Below, one piece after another: positions 1 to 13,200 of a DNA stretch of 64,000 bases. Location: positions 868,001 to 932,000 of the forward strand of contig OZ176054.1 of the NCBI GenBank assembly GCA_964247055.1. Direction: 5' to 3'. The notes under the pieces are model-generated. The model was not told the DNA's origin, searched no databases, and was given only the letters and a program-made list of their open reading frames with translations. A program made the position numbers and the translations under genes. This DNA is from Paragordius varius. Lineage: Eukaryota; Animalia; Nematomorpha. Every line of letters starts with the position of its first letter. Position 1 is the stretch's first letter.

Positions 1-120
1 GCATCAATACTCAAGTTAAACTTTGTCCTTAAAAATCGGATATTGGTCACCGGTGAACAAAATTATTTTTTATACATTCTCTTAGTAGGACTACATCAAA
101 ATATAGAGATAGTTTGTCAA

Positions 121-3100
121 ACTCTTTCATATCCGATTTTTACAACGATACTTTAAAAATTAATGTATTAAACTAGTCGCATCAATACTCAAGTTAATAT
201 TTGTCCTTAAAAATAGGATATTGGTCTCCGGTGAACAAAATAATTTTTTATACATTCTCTTGGTAAGACTACATCAAAATATAGAGGTAGTTTGACAAAC
301 TCTTTCATATCCGATTTTTACAACGATACTTTAAAAATTAATGTATTAAACTAGTCGCATCAATACTCAAGTTAAACTTTGTCCTTAAAAATCGGATATT
401 GGTCACCGGTGAACAAAATTATTTTTTATATATTCTCTTAGCAAGACTACATCAAAATATAGAGATAGTTTGACAAACTCTTTCATATCCGATTTTTACA
501 ACGATACTTTAAAAATTAATGTGTTAAACTAGTCGCATCAATACTCAAGTTAAACTTTGTCCTAAAAAATCGAATATTGGTCACCGGTCACCAAAATTAT
601 TTTTTATATATTCTCTTGGTAAGACTACATCAAAATATAGAAATAGTTTGACAAACTCTTTGATATCCGATTTTTACATCGATACTTTAAAAATTAATGT
701 ATAAAACTAGTCGCATCAATACTAAGCTTAAACTTTGTCCTTAAAAATCGAATATTGGTCACCGGTGAACAAAATTATTTTTTATACATTCTCTTAGTAA
801 GACTACATCAAACTATAGAGATAGTTTGACAAACTCTTTCATATCCGATTTTTACAACGATACTTTAAAAATTAATGTATTAAACTAGTCGCATCAATAA
901 ATCGCATCAATACTCAAGTTAAACTTTGTCCTTAAAAATCGGATATTGGTCACCGGTGAACAAAATTATTTTTTATACATTCTCTTAGTAGGACTACATC
1001 AAAATATAGAGATAGTTTGTCAAACTCTTTCATATCCGATTTTTACAACGATACTTTAAAAATTAATGTATTAAACTAGTCGCATCAATACTCAAGTTAA
1101 ACTTTGTCCTTAAAAATCGGATATTGGTCTCCGGTGAACAAAATAATTTTTTATACATTCTCTTGGTAAGACTACATCAAAATATAGAGGTAGTTTGACA
1201 AACTCTTTCATATCCGATTTTTACAACGATACTTTAAAAATTAATGTATTAAACTAGTCGCATCAATACTCAAGTTAAACTTTGTCCTTAAAAATCGGAT
1301 ATTGGTCACCGGTGAACAAAATTATTTTTTATATATTCTCTTAGCAAGACTACATCAAAATATAGAGATAGTTTGACAAACTCTTTCATATCCGATTTTT
1401 ACAACGATACTTTATAAATTAATGTGTTAAACTAGTCGCATCAATACTCAAGTTAAACTTTGTCCTAAAAAATCGAATATTGGTCACCGGTCACCAAAAT
1501 TATTTTTTATATATTCTCTTGGTAAGACTACATCAAAATATAGAAATAGTTTGACAAACTCTTTGATATCCGATTTTTACATCGATACTTTAAAAATTAA
1601 TGTATAAAACTAGTCGCATCAATACTAAGCTTAAACTTTGTCCTTAAAAATCGAATATTGGTCACCGGTGAACAAAATTATTTTTTATACATTCTCTTAG
1701 TAAGACTACATCAAAATATAGAGATAGTTTGACAAACTCTTTCATATCCGATTTTTACAACGATACTTTAAAAATTAATGTGTTAAACTAGTCGCATCAA
1801 TACTCAAATTAAACTTTGTCCTTAAAAATCGGATATTGGTCACCGGTGAACAAAATTATTTTTTATATATTCTCTTAGCAAGACTACATCAAAATATAGA
1901 GATAGTTTGTCAAACTCTTTCATATCCGATTTTTACAACGATACTTTAAAAATTAATGTATTAAACTAGTCGCATCAATACTCATACTTTGTCCTTAAAA
2001 ATCGAATATTGGTCACCGGTGAACAAAATTATTTTTTATACATTCTCTTAGTAAGACTACATCAAAATATAGAGATAGTTTGACAAACTCTTTCATATCC
2101 GATTCTTACAACGATACTTTAAAAATTAATGTATAAAACTAGTCGCATCAATACTCAAGTTAAACTTTGTCCTTAAAAATCGAATATTGGTCACCGGTGA
2201 ACAAAATTATTTTTTATACATTCTCTTAGTAAGACTACATCAAAATATAGAGATAGTTTGACAAACTCTTTCATATCCGATTTTTACAACGATACTTTAA
2301 AAATTAATGTATTAAACTAGTCGCATCAATACTCTTAAACTTTGTCCTTAAAAATCGGATATTGGTCACCGGTGAACAAAATTATTTTTTATATATTCTC
2401 TTAGCAAGAGTACATCAAAATATAGAGATAGTTTGACAAACTCTTTCATATCCGATTTTTACAACGATACTTTAAAAATTAATGTATAAAACGAGTCGTA
2501 TCAATAAATCGCATCAATACTCAAGTTAAACTTTGTCCTTAAAAATCGGATATTGGTCACCGGTGAACAAAATTATTTTTTATATATTCTCTTAGCAAGA
2601 CTACATCAAAATATAGAGATAGTTTGACAAACTCTTTCATATCCGATTTTTACAACGATACTTTAAAAATTAATGTATTAAACTAGTCGCATCAATACTC
2701 AAGTTAATATTTTTCCTTAAAAATAGGATATTGGTCTCCGGTGAACAAAATAATTTTTTATACATTCTCTTGGTAAGACTACATCAAAATATAGAGGTAG
2801 TTTGACAAACTCTTTCATATCCGATTTTTACAACGATACTTTAAAAATTAATGTATTAAACTAGTCGCATCAATACTCAAGTTAAACTTTGTCCTTAAAA
2901 ATCGGATATTGGTCACCGGTGAACAAAATTATTTTTTATATATTCTCTTAGCAAGACTACATCAAAATATAGAGATAGTTTGACAAACTCTTTCATATCC
3001 GATTTTTACAACGATACTTTAAAAATTAATGTGTTAAACTAGTCGCATCAATACTCAAGTTAAACTTTGTCCTAAAAAATCGAATATTGGTCACCGGTCA

Positions 3101-5188
3101 CCAAAATTATTTTTTATATATTCTCTTGGTAAGACTACATCAAAATATAGAAATAGTTTGACAAACTCTTTGATATCCGATTTTTACATCGATACTTTAA
3201 AAATTAATGTATAAAACTAGTCGCATCAATACTAAGCTTAAACTTTGTCCTTAAAAATCGAATATTGGTCACCGGTGAACAAAATTATTTTTTATACATT
3301 CTCTTAGTAAGACTACATCAAAATATAGAGATAGTTTGACAAACTCTTTCATATCCGATTTTTACAACGATACTTTAAAAATTAATGTATTAAACTAGTC
3401 GCATCAATAAATCGCATCAATACTCAAGTTAAACTTTGTCCTTAAAAATCGGATATTGGTCACCGGTGAACAAAATTATTTTTTATACATTCTCTTAGTA
3501 GGACTACATCAAAATATAGAGATAGTTTGTCAAACTCTTTCATATCCGATTTTTACAACGATACTTTAAAAATTAATGTATTAAACTAGTCGCATCAATA
3601 CTCAAGTTAAACTTTGTCCTTAAAAATCGGATATTGGTCTCCGGTGAACAAAATAATTTTTTATACATTCTCTTGGTAAGACTACATCAAAATATAGAGG
3701 TAGTTTGACAAACTCTTTCATATCCGATTTTTACAACGATACTTTAAAAATTAATGTATTAAACTAGTCGCATCAATACTCAAGTTAAACTTTGTCCTTA
3801 AAAATCGGATATTGGTCACCGGTGAACAAAATTATTTTTTATATATTCTCTTAGCAAGACTACATCAAAATATAGAGATAGTTTGACAAACTCTTTCATA
3901 TCCGATTTTTACAACGATACTTTAAAAATTAATGTGTTAAACTAGTCGCATCAATACTCAAGTTAAACTTTGTCCTAAAAAATCGAATATTGGTCACCGG
4001 TCACCAAAATTATTTTTTATATATTCTCTTGGTAAGACTACATCAAAATATAGAAATAGTTTGACAAACTCTTTGATATCCGATTTTTACATCGATACTT
4101 TAAAAATTAATGTATAAAACTAGTCGCATCAATACTAAGCTTAAACTTTGTCCTTAAAAATCGAATATTAGTCACCGGTGAACAAAATTATTTTTTATAC
4201 ATTCTCTTAGTAAGACTACATCAAAATATAGAGATAGTTTGACAAACTCTTTCATATCCGATTTTTACAACGATACTTTAAAAATTAATGTGTTAAACTA
4301 GTCGCATCAATACTCAAATTAAACTTTGTCCTTAAAAATCGGATATTGGTCACCGGTGAACAAAATTATTTTTTATATATTCTCTTAGCAAGACTACATC
4401 AAAATATAGAGATAGTTTGTCAAACTCTTTCATATCCGATTTTTACAACGATACTTTAAAAATTAATGTATTAAACTAGTCGCATCAATACTCATACTTT
4501 GTCCTTAAAAATCGAATATTGGTCACCGGTGAACAAAATTATTTTTTATACATTCTCTTAGTAAGACTACATCAAAATATAGAGATAGTTTGACAAACTC
4601 TTTCATATCCGATTCTTACAACGATACTTTAAAAATTAATGTATAAAACTAGTCGCATCAATACTCAAGTTAAACTTTGTCCTTAAAAATCGAATATTGG
4701 TCACCGGTGAACAAAATTATTTTTTATACATTCTCTTAGTAAGACTACATCAAAATATAGAGATAGTTTGACAAACTCTTTCATATCCGATTTTTACAAC
4801 GATACTTTAAAAATTAATGTATTAAACTAGTCGCATCAATACTCTTAAACTTTGTCCTTAAAAATCGGATATTGGTCACCGGTGAACAAAATTATTTTTT
4901 ATATATTCTCTTAGCAAGAGTACATCAAAATATAGAGATAGTTTGACAAACTCTTTCATATCCGATTTTTACAACGATACTTTAAAAATTAATGTATAAA
5001 ACGAGTCGTATCAATAAATCGCATCAATACTCAAGTTAAACTTTGTCCTTAAAAATCGGATATTGGTCACCGGTGAACAAAATTATTTTTTATATATTCT
5101 CTTAGCAAGACTACATCAAAATATAGAGATAGTTTGACAAACTCTTTCATATCCGATTTTTACAACGATACTTTAAAAATTAATGTAT
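121..5188. repeat. Two tandem copies of a 2510-bp 14-monomer HOR that contains nested 5-monomer (903-bp) units
   Basis: Rare markers repeat at offset 2510: CTCATACTTT 1981/4491, ACGAGTCGTA 2491/5001, GTTAATAT/AGGATA monomer 179/2689. Length check: 14x178+13+13-5-3=2510. The 5-mer period is 1 to 904 (5x178+13). Confidence 0.9.
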
Positions 5189-6648
5189 AAAACTAGTCGC
5201 ATCAATACTCAACTTAAACTTTGTCCTTAAAAATCGAATATTGGTCACCGGTGAACAAAATTATTTTTTATACATTCTCTTAGTAAGACTACATCAAAAT
5301 ATAGAGATAGTTTGACAAACTCTTTCATATCCGATTTTTACAACGATACTTTAAAAATTAATGTATTAAACTAGTCGCATCAATAAATCGCATCAATACT
5401 CAAGTTAAACTTTGTCCTTAAAAATCGGATATTGGTCACCGGTGAACAAAATTATTTTTTATACATTCTCTTAGTAGGACTACATCAAAATATAGAGATA
5501 GTTTGTCAAACTCTTTCATATCCGATTTTTACAACGATACTTTAAAAATTAATGTATTAAACTAGTCGCATCAATACTCAAGTTAAACTTTGTCCTTAAA
5601 AATCGGATATTGGTCTCCGGTGAACAAAATAATTTTTTATACATTCTCTTGGTAAGACTACATCAAAATATAGAGGTAGTTTGACAAACTCTTTCATATC
5701 CGATTTTTACAACGATACTTTAAAAATTAATGTATTAAACTAGTCGCATCAATACTCAAGTTAAACTTTGTCCTTAAAAATCGGATATTGGTCACCGGTG
5801 AACAAAATTATTTTTTATATATTCTCTTAGCAAGACTACATCAAAATATAGAGATAGTTTGACAAACTCTTTCATATCCGATTTTTACAACGATACTTTA
5901 AAAATTAATGTGTTAAACTAGTCGCATCAATACTCAAGTTAAACTTTGTCCTAAAAAATTGAATATTGGTCACCGGTCACCAAAATTATTTTTTATATAT
6001 TCTCTTGGTAAGACTACATCAAAATATAGAAATAGTTTGACAAACTCTTTGATATCCGATTTTTACATCGATACTTTAAAAATTAATGTATAAAACTAGT
6101 CGCATCAATACTAAGCTTAAACTTTGTCCTTAAAAATCGAATATTGGTCACCGGTGAACAAAATTATTTTTTATACATTCTCTTAGTAAGACTACATCAA
6201 AATATAGAGATAGTTTGACAAACTCTTTCATATCCGATTTTTACAACGATACTTTAAAAATTAATGTGTTAAACTAGTCGCATCAATACTCAAATTAAAC
6301 TTTGTCCTTAAAAATCGAATATTGGTCACCGGTGAACAAAATTATTTTTTATATATTCTCTTAGCAAGACTACATCAAAATATAGAGATAGTTTGACAAA
6401 CTCTTTCATATCCGATTTTTACAACGATACTTTAAAAATTAATGTATAAAACGAGTCGTATCAATAAATCCCATCAATACTCAAGTTAAACTTTGTCCTT
6501 AAAAATCGGATATTGGTCACCGGTGAACAAAATTATTTTTTATATATTCTCTTAGCAAGACTGCATCAAAATATAGAGATAGTTTGACAAACTCTTTCAT
6601 ATCCGATTTTTACAACGATACTTTAAAAATTAATGTATAAAACTAGTC

Positions 6649-9600
6649 GCATCAATACTCAACTTAAACTTTGTCCTTAAAAATCGAATATTGGTCACCG
6701 GTGAACAAAATTATTTTTTATACATTCTCTTAGTAAGACTACATCAAAATATAGAGATAGTTTGACAAACTCTTTCATATCCGATTTTTACAACGATACT
6801 TTAAAAATTAATGTGTTAAACTAGTCGCATCAATACTCAAATTAAACTTTGTCCTTAAAAATCGAATATTGGTCACCGGTGAACAAAATTATTTTTTATA
6901 TATTCTCTTAGCAAGACTACATCAAAATATAGAGATAGTTTGACAAACTCTTTCATATCCGATTTTTACAACGATACTTTAAAAATTAATGTATAAAACT
7001 AGTCGCATCAATACTCAACTTAAACTTTGTCCTTAAAAATCGAATATTGGTCACCGGTGAACAAAATTATTTTTTATACATTCTCTTAGTAAGACTACAT
7101 CAAAATATAGAGATAGTTTGACAAAGTCTTTCATATCCGATTTTTACAACGATACTTTAAAAATCAATGTATAAAACTAGTCGCGTTAAACTTTGTCCTA
7201 AAAATTGGGATATTGATTACCGGTGAACAAAATTATTTTTTATACATTCTCTTAGTAAGACTACAATAAAGTATAGAGATAGTTTGACAAACTCTTTCAT
7301 ATCCGATTTTTACAACGATACTTTAAATTAATGTATAAAACTAGTCGCATCAATACTCAAGTTAATCTTTGTCCTTAAAAATCGGATATTGGTCACCGGT
7401 GAACAAAATTATTTTTTATACATTCTCTTATTAAGACTACATCAAAATATAGAGATAGTTTGGCAAACTCTTTCATATCCGATTTTTACAACGATACTTT
7501 AAAAATTAATGTATAGAACTAGTCGCGTTAAACTTTGTCCTAAAAATTCGTATATTGATCACCGGTGAACAAAATTATTTTTTATACATTCTCTTAGTAA
7601 GACTACAATAAAGTATAGAGATAGTTTGACAAACTCTTTCATCCGATTTTTACAACGATACTTTAAAAATTAATGTATAAAACTAGTCGCATCAATACTC
7701 AAGTTAAACTTTGTCCTTAAAAATCGGATATTGGTCACCGGTGAACAAAACTATTTTTTATACATTCTCTTAGTAAGACTACATCAAAATATAGAGATAG
7801 TTTATCAAACTCTTTCATATCCGATTTTTACAACGATACTTTAAAAATTAATGTATAGAACTAGTCGCGTTAAACTTTGTCCTAAAAATTCGTATATTGA
7901 TCACCGGTGAACAAAATTATTTTTTATACATTCTCTTAGTAAGACTACAACAAAATATAGAGATAGTTTGACAAACTCTTTCATATCCGATTTTTACAAC
8001 GATACTTTAAAAATTAATGTATAAAACTAGTCGCATCAATACTCAAGTTAAACTTTGTCCTTAAAAATCGGATATTGGTCGCCGGTGAACAAAACTATTT
8101 TTTATACATTCTCTTAGTAAGACTACATCAAAATATAGAGATAGTTTGACAAACTCTTTCATATCCGATTTTTACAACGATACTTTAAAAATTAATGTAT
8201 AAAACTAGTCGCATCAATACTCAACTTAAACTTTGTCCTTAAAAATCGAATATTGGTCACCGGTGAACAAAATTATTTTTTATACATTCTCTTAGTAAGA
8301 CTACATCAAAATATAGAGATAGTTTGACAAACTCTTTCATATCCGATTTTTACAACGATACTTTAAAAATTAATGTGTTAAACTAGTCGCATCAATACTC
8401 AAATTAAACTTTGTCCTTAAAAATCGAATATTGGTCACCGGTGAACAAAATTATTTTTTATATATTCTCTTAGCAAGACTACATCAAAATATAGAGATAG
8501 TTTGACAAACTCTTTCATATCCGATTTTTACAACGATACTTTAAAAATTAATGTATAAAACTAGTCGCATCAATACTCAACTTAAACTTTGTCCTTAAAA
8601 ATCGAATATTGGTCACCGGTGAACAAAATTATTTTTTATACATTCTCTTAGTAAGACTACATCAAAATATAGAGATAGTTTGACAAACTCTTTCATATCC
8701 GATTTTTACAACGATACTTTAAAAATCAATGTATAAAACTAGTCGCGTTAAACTTTGTCCTAAAAATTGGGATATTGATTACCGGTGTACAAAATTATTT
8801 TTTATACATTCTCTTAGTAAGACTACAATAAAGTATAGAGATAGTTTGACAAACTCTTTCATATCCGATTTTTACAACGATACTTTAAATTAATGTATAA
8901 AACTAGTCGCATCAATACTCAAGTTAATCTTTGTTCTTAAAAATCGGATATTGGTCACCGGTGAACAAAATTATTTTTTATACATTCTCTTATTAAGACT
9001 ACATCAAAATATAGAGATAGTTTGACAAACTCTTTCATATCCGATTTTTACAACGATACTTTAAAAATTAATGTATAGAACTAGTCGCGTTAAACTTTGT
9101 CCTAAAAATTCGTATATTGATCACCGGTGAACAAAATTATTTTTTATACATTCTCTTAGTAAGACTACAATAAAGTATAGAGATAGTTTGACAAACTCTT
9201 TCATCCGATTTTTACAACGATACTTTAAAAATTAATGTATAAAACTAGTCGCATCAATACTCAAGTTAAACTTTGTCCTTAAAAATCGGATATTGGTCAC
9301 CGGTGAACAAAACTATTTTTTATACATTCTCTTAGTAAGACTACATCAAAATATAGAGATAGTTTATCAAACTCTTTCATATCCGATTTTTACAACGATA
9401 CTTTAAAAATTAATGTATAGAACTAGTCGCGTTAAACTTTGTCCTAAAAATTCGTATATTGATCACCGGTGAACAAAATTATATTTTATACATTCTCTTA
9501 GTAAGACTACAACAAAATATAGAGATAGTTTGACAAACTCTTTCATATCCGATTTTTACAACGATACTTTAAAAATTAATGTATAAAACTAGTCGCATCA

Positions 9601-10211
9601 ATACTCAAGTTAAACTTTGTCCTTAAAAATCGGATATTGGTCGCCGGTGAACAAAACTATTTTTTATACATTCTCTTAGTAAGACTACATCAAAATATAG
9701 AGATAGTTTGACAAACTCTTTCATATCCGATTTTTACAACGATACTTTAAAAATTAATGTATAAAACTAGTCGCATCAATACTCAACTTAAACTTTGTCC
9801 TTAAAAATCGAATATTGGTCACCGGTGAACAAAATTATTTTTTATACATTCTCTTAGTAAGACTACATCAAAATATAGAGATAGTTTGACAAACTCTTTC
9901 ATATCCGATTTTTACAACGATACTTTAAAAATTAATGTGTTAAACTAGTCGCATCAATACTCAAATTAAACTTTGTCCTTAAAAATCGAATATTGGTCAC
10001 CGGTGAACAAAATTATTTTTTATATATTCTCTTAGCAAGACTACATCAAAATATAGAGATAGTTTGACAAACTCTTTCATATCCGATTTTTACAACGATA
10101 CTTTAAAAATTAATGTATAAAACTAGTCGCATCAATACTCAACTTAAACTTTGTCCTTAAAAATCGAATATTGGTCACCGGTGAACAAAATTATTTTTTA
10201 TACATTCTCTT
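6649..10211. repeat. Hybrid 1562-bp 9-monomer HOR (~2.3 copies): 3 A-type plus 6 B-type monomers, embedded in domain A
   Basis: AACTTAAA at 6661/8223/9785 and AAATCAAT at 7161/8723. Length check: 9x178-3x12-2-2=1562. The first 166-bp monomer of the window starts at 7183. Confidence 0.9.
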
Positions 10212-13200
10212 GGTAAGACTACATCAAAATATAGAGGTAGTTTGACAAACTCTTTCATATCCGATTTTTACAACGATACTTTAAAAATTAATGTATTAAA
10301 CTAGTCGCATCAATACTCAAGTTAAACTTTGTCCTTAAAAATCGGATATTGGTCACCGGTGAACAAAATTATTTTTTATATATTCTCTTAGCAAGACTAC
10401 ATCAAAATATAGAGATAGTTTGACAAACTCTTTCATATCCGATTTTTACAACGATACTTTAAAAATTAATGTGTTAAACTAGTCGCATCAATACTCAAGT
10501 TAAACTTTGTCCTAAAAAATCGAATATTGGTCACCGGTGACCAAAATTATTTTTTATATATTCTCTTGGTAAGACTACATCAAAATATAGAAATAGTTTG
10601 ACAAACTCTTTGATATCCGATTTTTACATCGATACTTTAAAAATTAATGTATAAAACTAGTCGCATCAATACTCAGCTTAAACTTTGTCCTTAAAAATCG
10701 AATATTGGTCACCGGTGAACAAAATTATTTTTTATACATTCTCTTAGTAAGACTACATCAAAATATAGAGATAGTTTGACAAACTCTTTCATATCCGATT
10801 TTTACAACGATACTTTAAAAATTAATGTGTTAAACTAGTCGCATCAATACTCAAATTAAACTTTGTCCTTAAAAATCGAATATTGGTCACCGGTGAACAA
10901 AATTATTTTTTATATATTCTCTTAGCAAGACTACATCAAAATATAGAGATAGTTTGACAAACTCTTTCATATCCGATTTTTACAACGATACTTTAAAAAT
11001 TAATGTATTAAACTAGTCGCATCAATAAATCGCATCAATACTCAAGTTAAACTTTGTCCTTAAAAATCGGATATTGGTCACCGGTGAACAAAATTATTTT
11101 TTATACATTCTCTTAGTAGGACTACATCAAAATATAGAGATAGTTTGTCAAACTCTTTCATATCCGATTTTTACAACGATACTTTAAAAATTAATGTATT
11201 AAACTAGTCGCATCAATACTCAAGTTAAACTTTGTCCTTAAAAATCGGATATTGGTCTCCGGTGAACAAAATAATTTTTTATACATTCTCTTAGTAAGAC
11301 TACATCAAAATATAGAGGTAGTTTGTCAAACTCTTTCATATCCGATTTTTACAACGATACTTTAAAAATTAATGTATTAAACTAGTCGCATCAATACTCA
11401 AGTTAAACTTTGTCCTAAAAAATCGAATATTGGTCACCGGTGACCAAAATTATTTTTTATATATTCTCTTGGTAAGACTACATCAAAATATAGAAATAGT
11501 TTGACAAACTCTTTGATATCCGATTTTTACATCGATACTTTAAAAATTAATGTATAAAACTAGTCGCATCAATACTCAGCTTAAACTTTGTCCTTAAAAA
11601 TCGAATATTGGTCACCGGTGAACAAAATTATTTTTTATACATTCTCTTAGTAAGACTACATCAAAATATAGAGATAGTTTGACAAACTCTTTCATATCCG
11701 ATTTTTACAACGATACTTTAAAAATTAATGTATTAAACTAGTCGCATCAATAAATCGCATCAATACTCAAGTTAAACTTTGTCCTTAAAAATCGAATATT
11801 GGTCACCGGTGAACAAAATTATTTTTTATACATTCTCTTGGTAAGACTACATCAAAATATAGAGGTAGTTTGACAAACTCTTTCATATCCGATTTTTACA
11901 ACGATACTTTAAAAATTAATGTATTAAACTAGTCGCATCAATACTCAAGTTAAACTTTGTCCTTAAAAATCGGATATTGGTCACCGGTGAACAAAATTAT
12001 TTTTTATATATTCTCTTAGCAAGACTACATCAAAATATAGAGATAGTTTGACAAACTCTTTCATATCCGATTTTTACAACGATACTTTAAAAATTAATGT
12101 GTTAAACTAGTCGCATCAATACTCAAGTTAAACTTTGTCCTAAAAAATCGAATATTGGTCACCGGTGACCAAAATTATTTTTTATACATTCTCTTAGTAG
12201 GACTACATCAAAATATAGAGATAGTTTGTCAAACTCTTTCATATCCGATTTTTACAACGATACTTTAAAAATTAATGTATTAAACTAGTCGCATCAATAA
12301 ATCGCATCAATACTCAAGTTAAACTTTGTCCTTAAAAATCGAATATTGGTCACCGGTGAACAAAATTATTTTTTATACATTCTCTTGGTAAGACTACATC
12401 AAAATATAGAGGTAGTTTGACAAACTCTTTCATATCCGATTTTTACAACGATACTTTAAAAATTAATGTATTAAACTAGTCGCATCAATACTCAAGTTAA
12501 ACTTTGTCCTTAAAAATCGAATATTGGTCACCGGTGAACAAAATTATTTTTTATATATTCTCTTAGCAAGACTACATCAAAATATAGAGATAGTTTGACA
12601 AACTCTTTCATATCCGATTTTTACAACGATACTTTAAAAATTAATGTATTAAACTAGTCGCATCAATAAATCGCATCAATACTCAAGTTAAACTTTGTCC
12701 TTAAAAATCGGATATTGGTCACCGGTGAACAAAATTATTTTTTATACATTCTCTTAGTAGGACTACATCAAAATATAGAGATAGTTTGTCAAACTCTTTC
12801 ATATCCGATTTTTACAACGATACTTTAAAAATTAATGTATTAAACTAGTCGCATCAATACTCAAGTTAAACTTTGTCCTTAAAAATCGGATATTGGTCTC
12901 CGGTGAACAAAATAATTTTTTATACATTCTCTTAGTAAGACTACATCAAAATATAGAGGTAGTTTGTCAAACTCTTTCATATCCGATTTTTACAACGATA
13001 CTTTAAAAATTAATGTATTAAACTAGTCGCATCAATACTCAAGTTAAACTTTGTCCTAAAAAATCGAATATTGGTCACCGGTGACCAAAATTATTTTTTA
13101 TATATTCTCTTGGTAAGACTACATCAAAATATAGAAATAGTTTGACAAACTCTTTGATATCCGATTTGTACATCGATACTTTAAAAATTAATGTATAAAA

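Noticed and set aside
111-123. Micro-inversion explaining AGTTTGTCAAACT versus AGTTTGACAAACT
   Set aside because: Flipping this palindrome changes only the central base, so it cannot be distinguished from a single A>T substitution.
1-178. Identity with Arabidopsis CEN178 or primate alpha satellite
   Set aside because: Only the length is similar. From memory the sequences do not match, and no database search was possible.
891-7200. Helical-turn quantisation of monomer lengths (166/178/191)
   Set aside because: Steps of 12 and 13 bp do not match 10-10.5 bp, and other indels of 1-5 bp exist. The clustering of indels is reported, but not a phasing rule.
7183-7560. CENP-B box (TTCG in short monomers)
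   Set aside because: The motif NTTCGNNNNANNCGGGN needs A and CGGG at fixed positions. TTCGTATATTGATC does not fit, and the consensus has no CGGG or CCCG.
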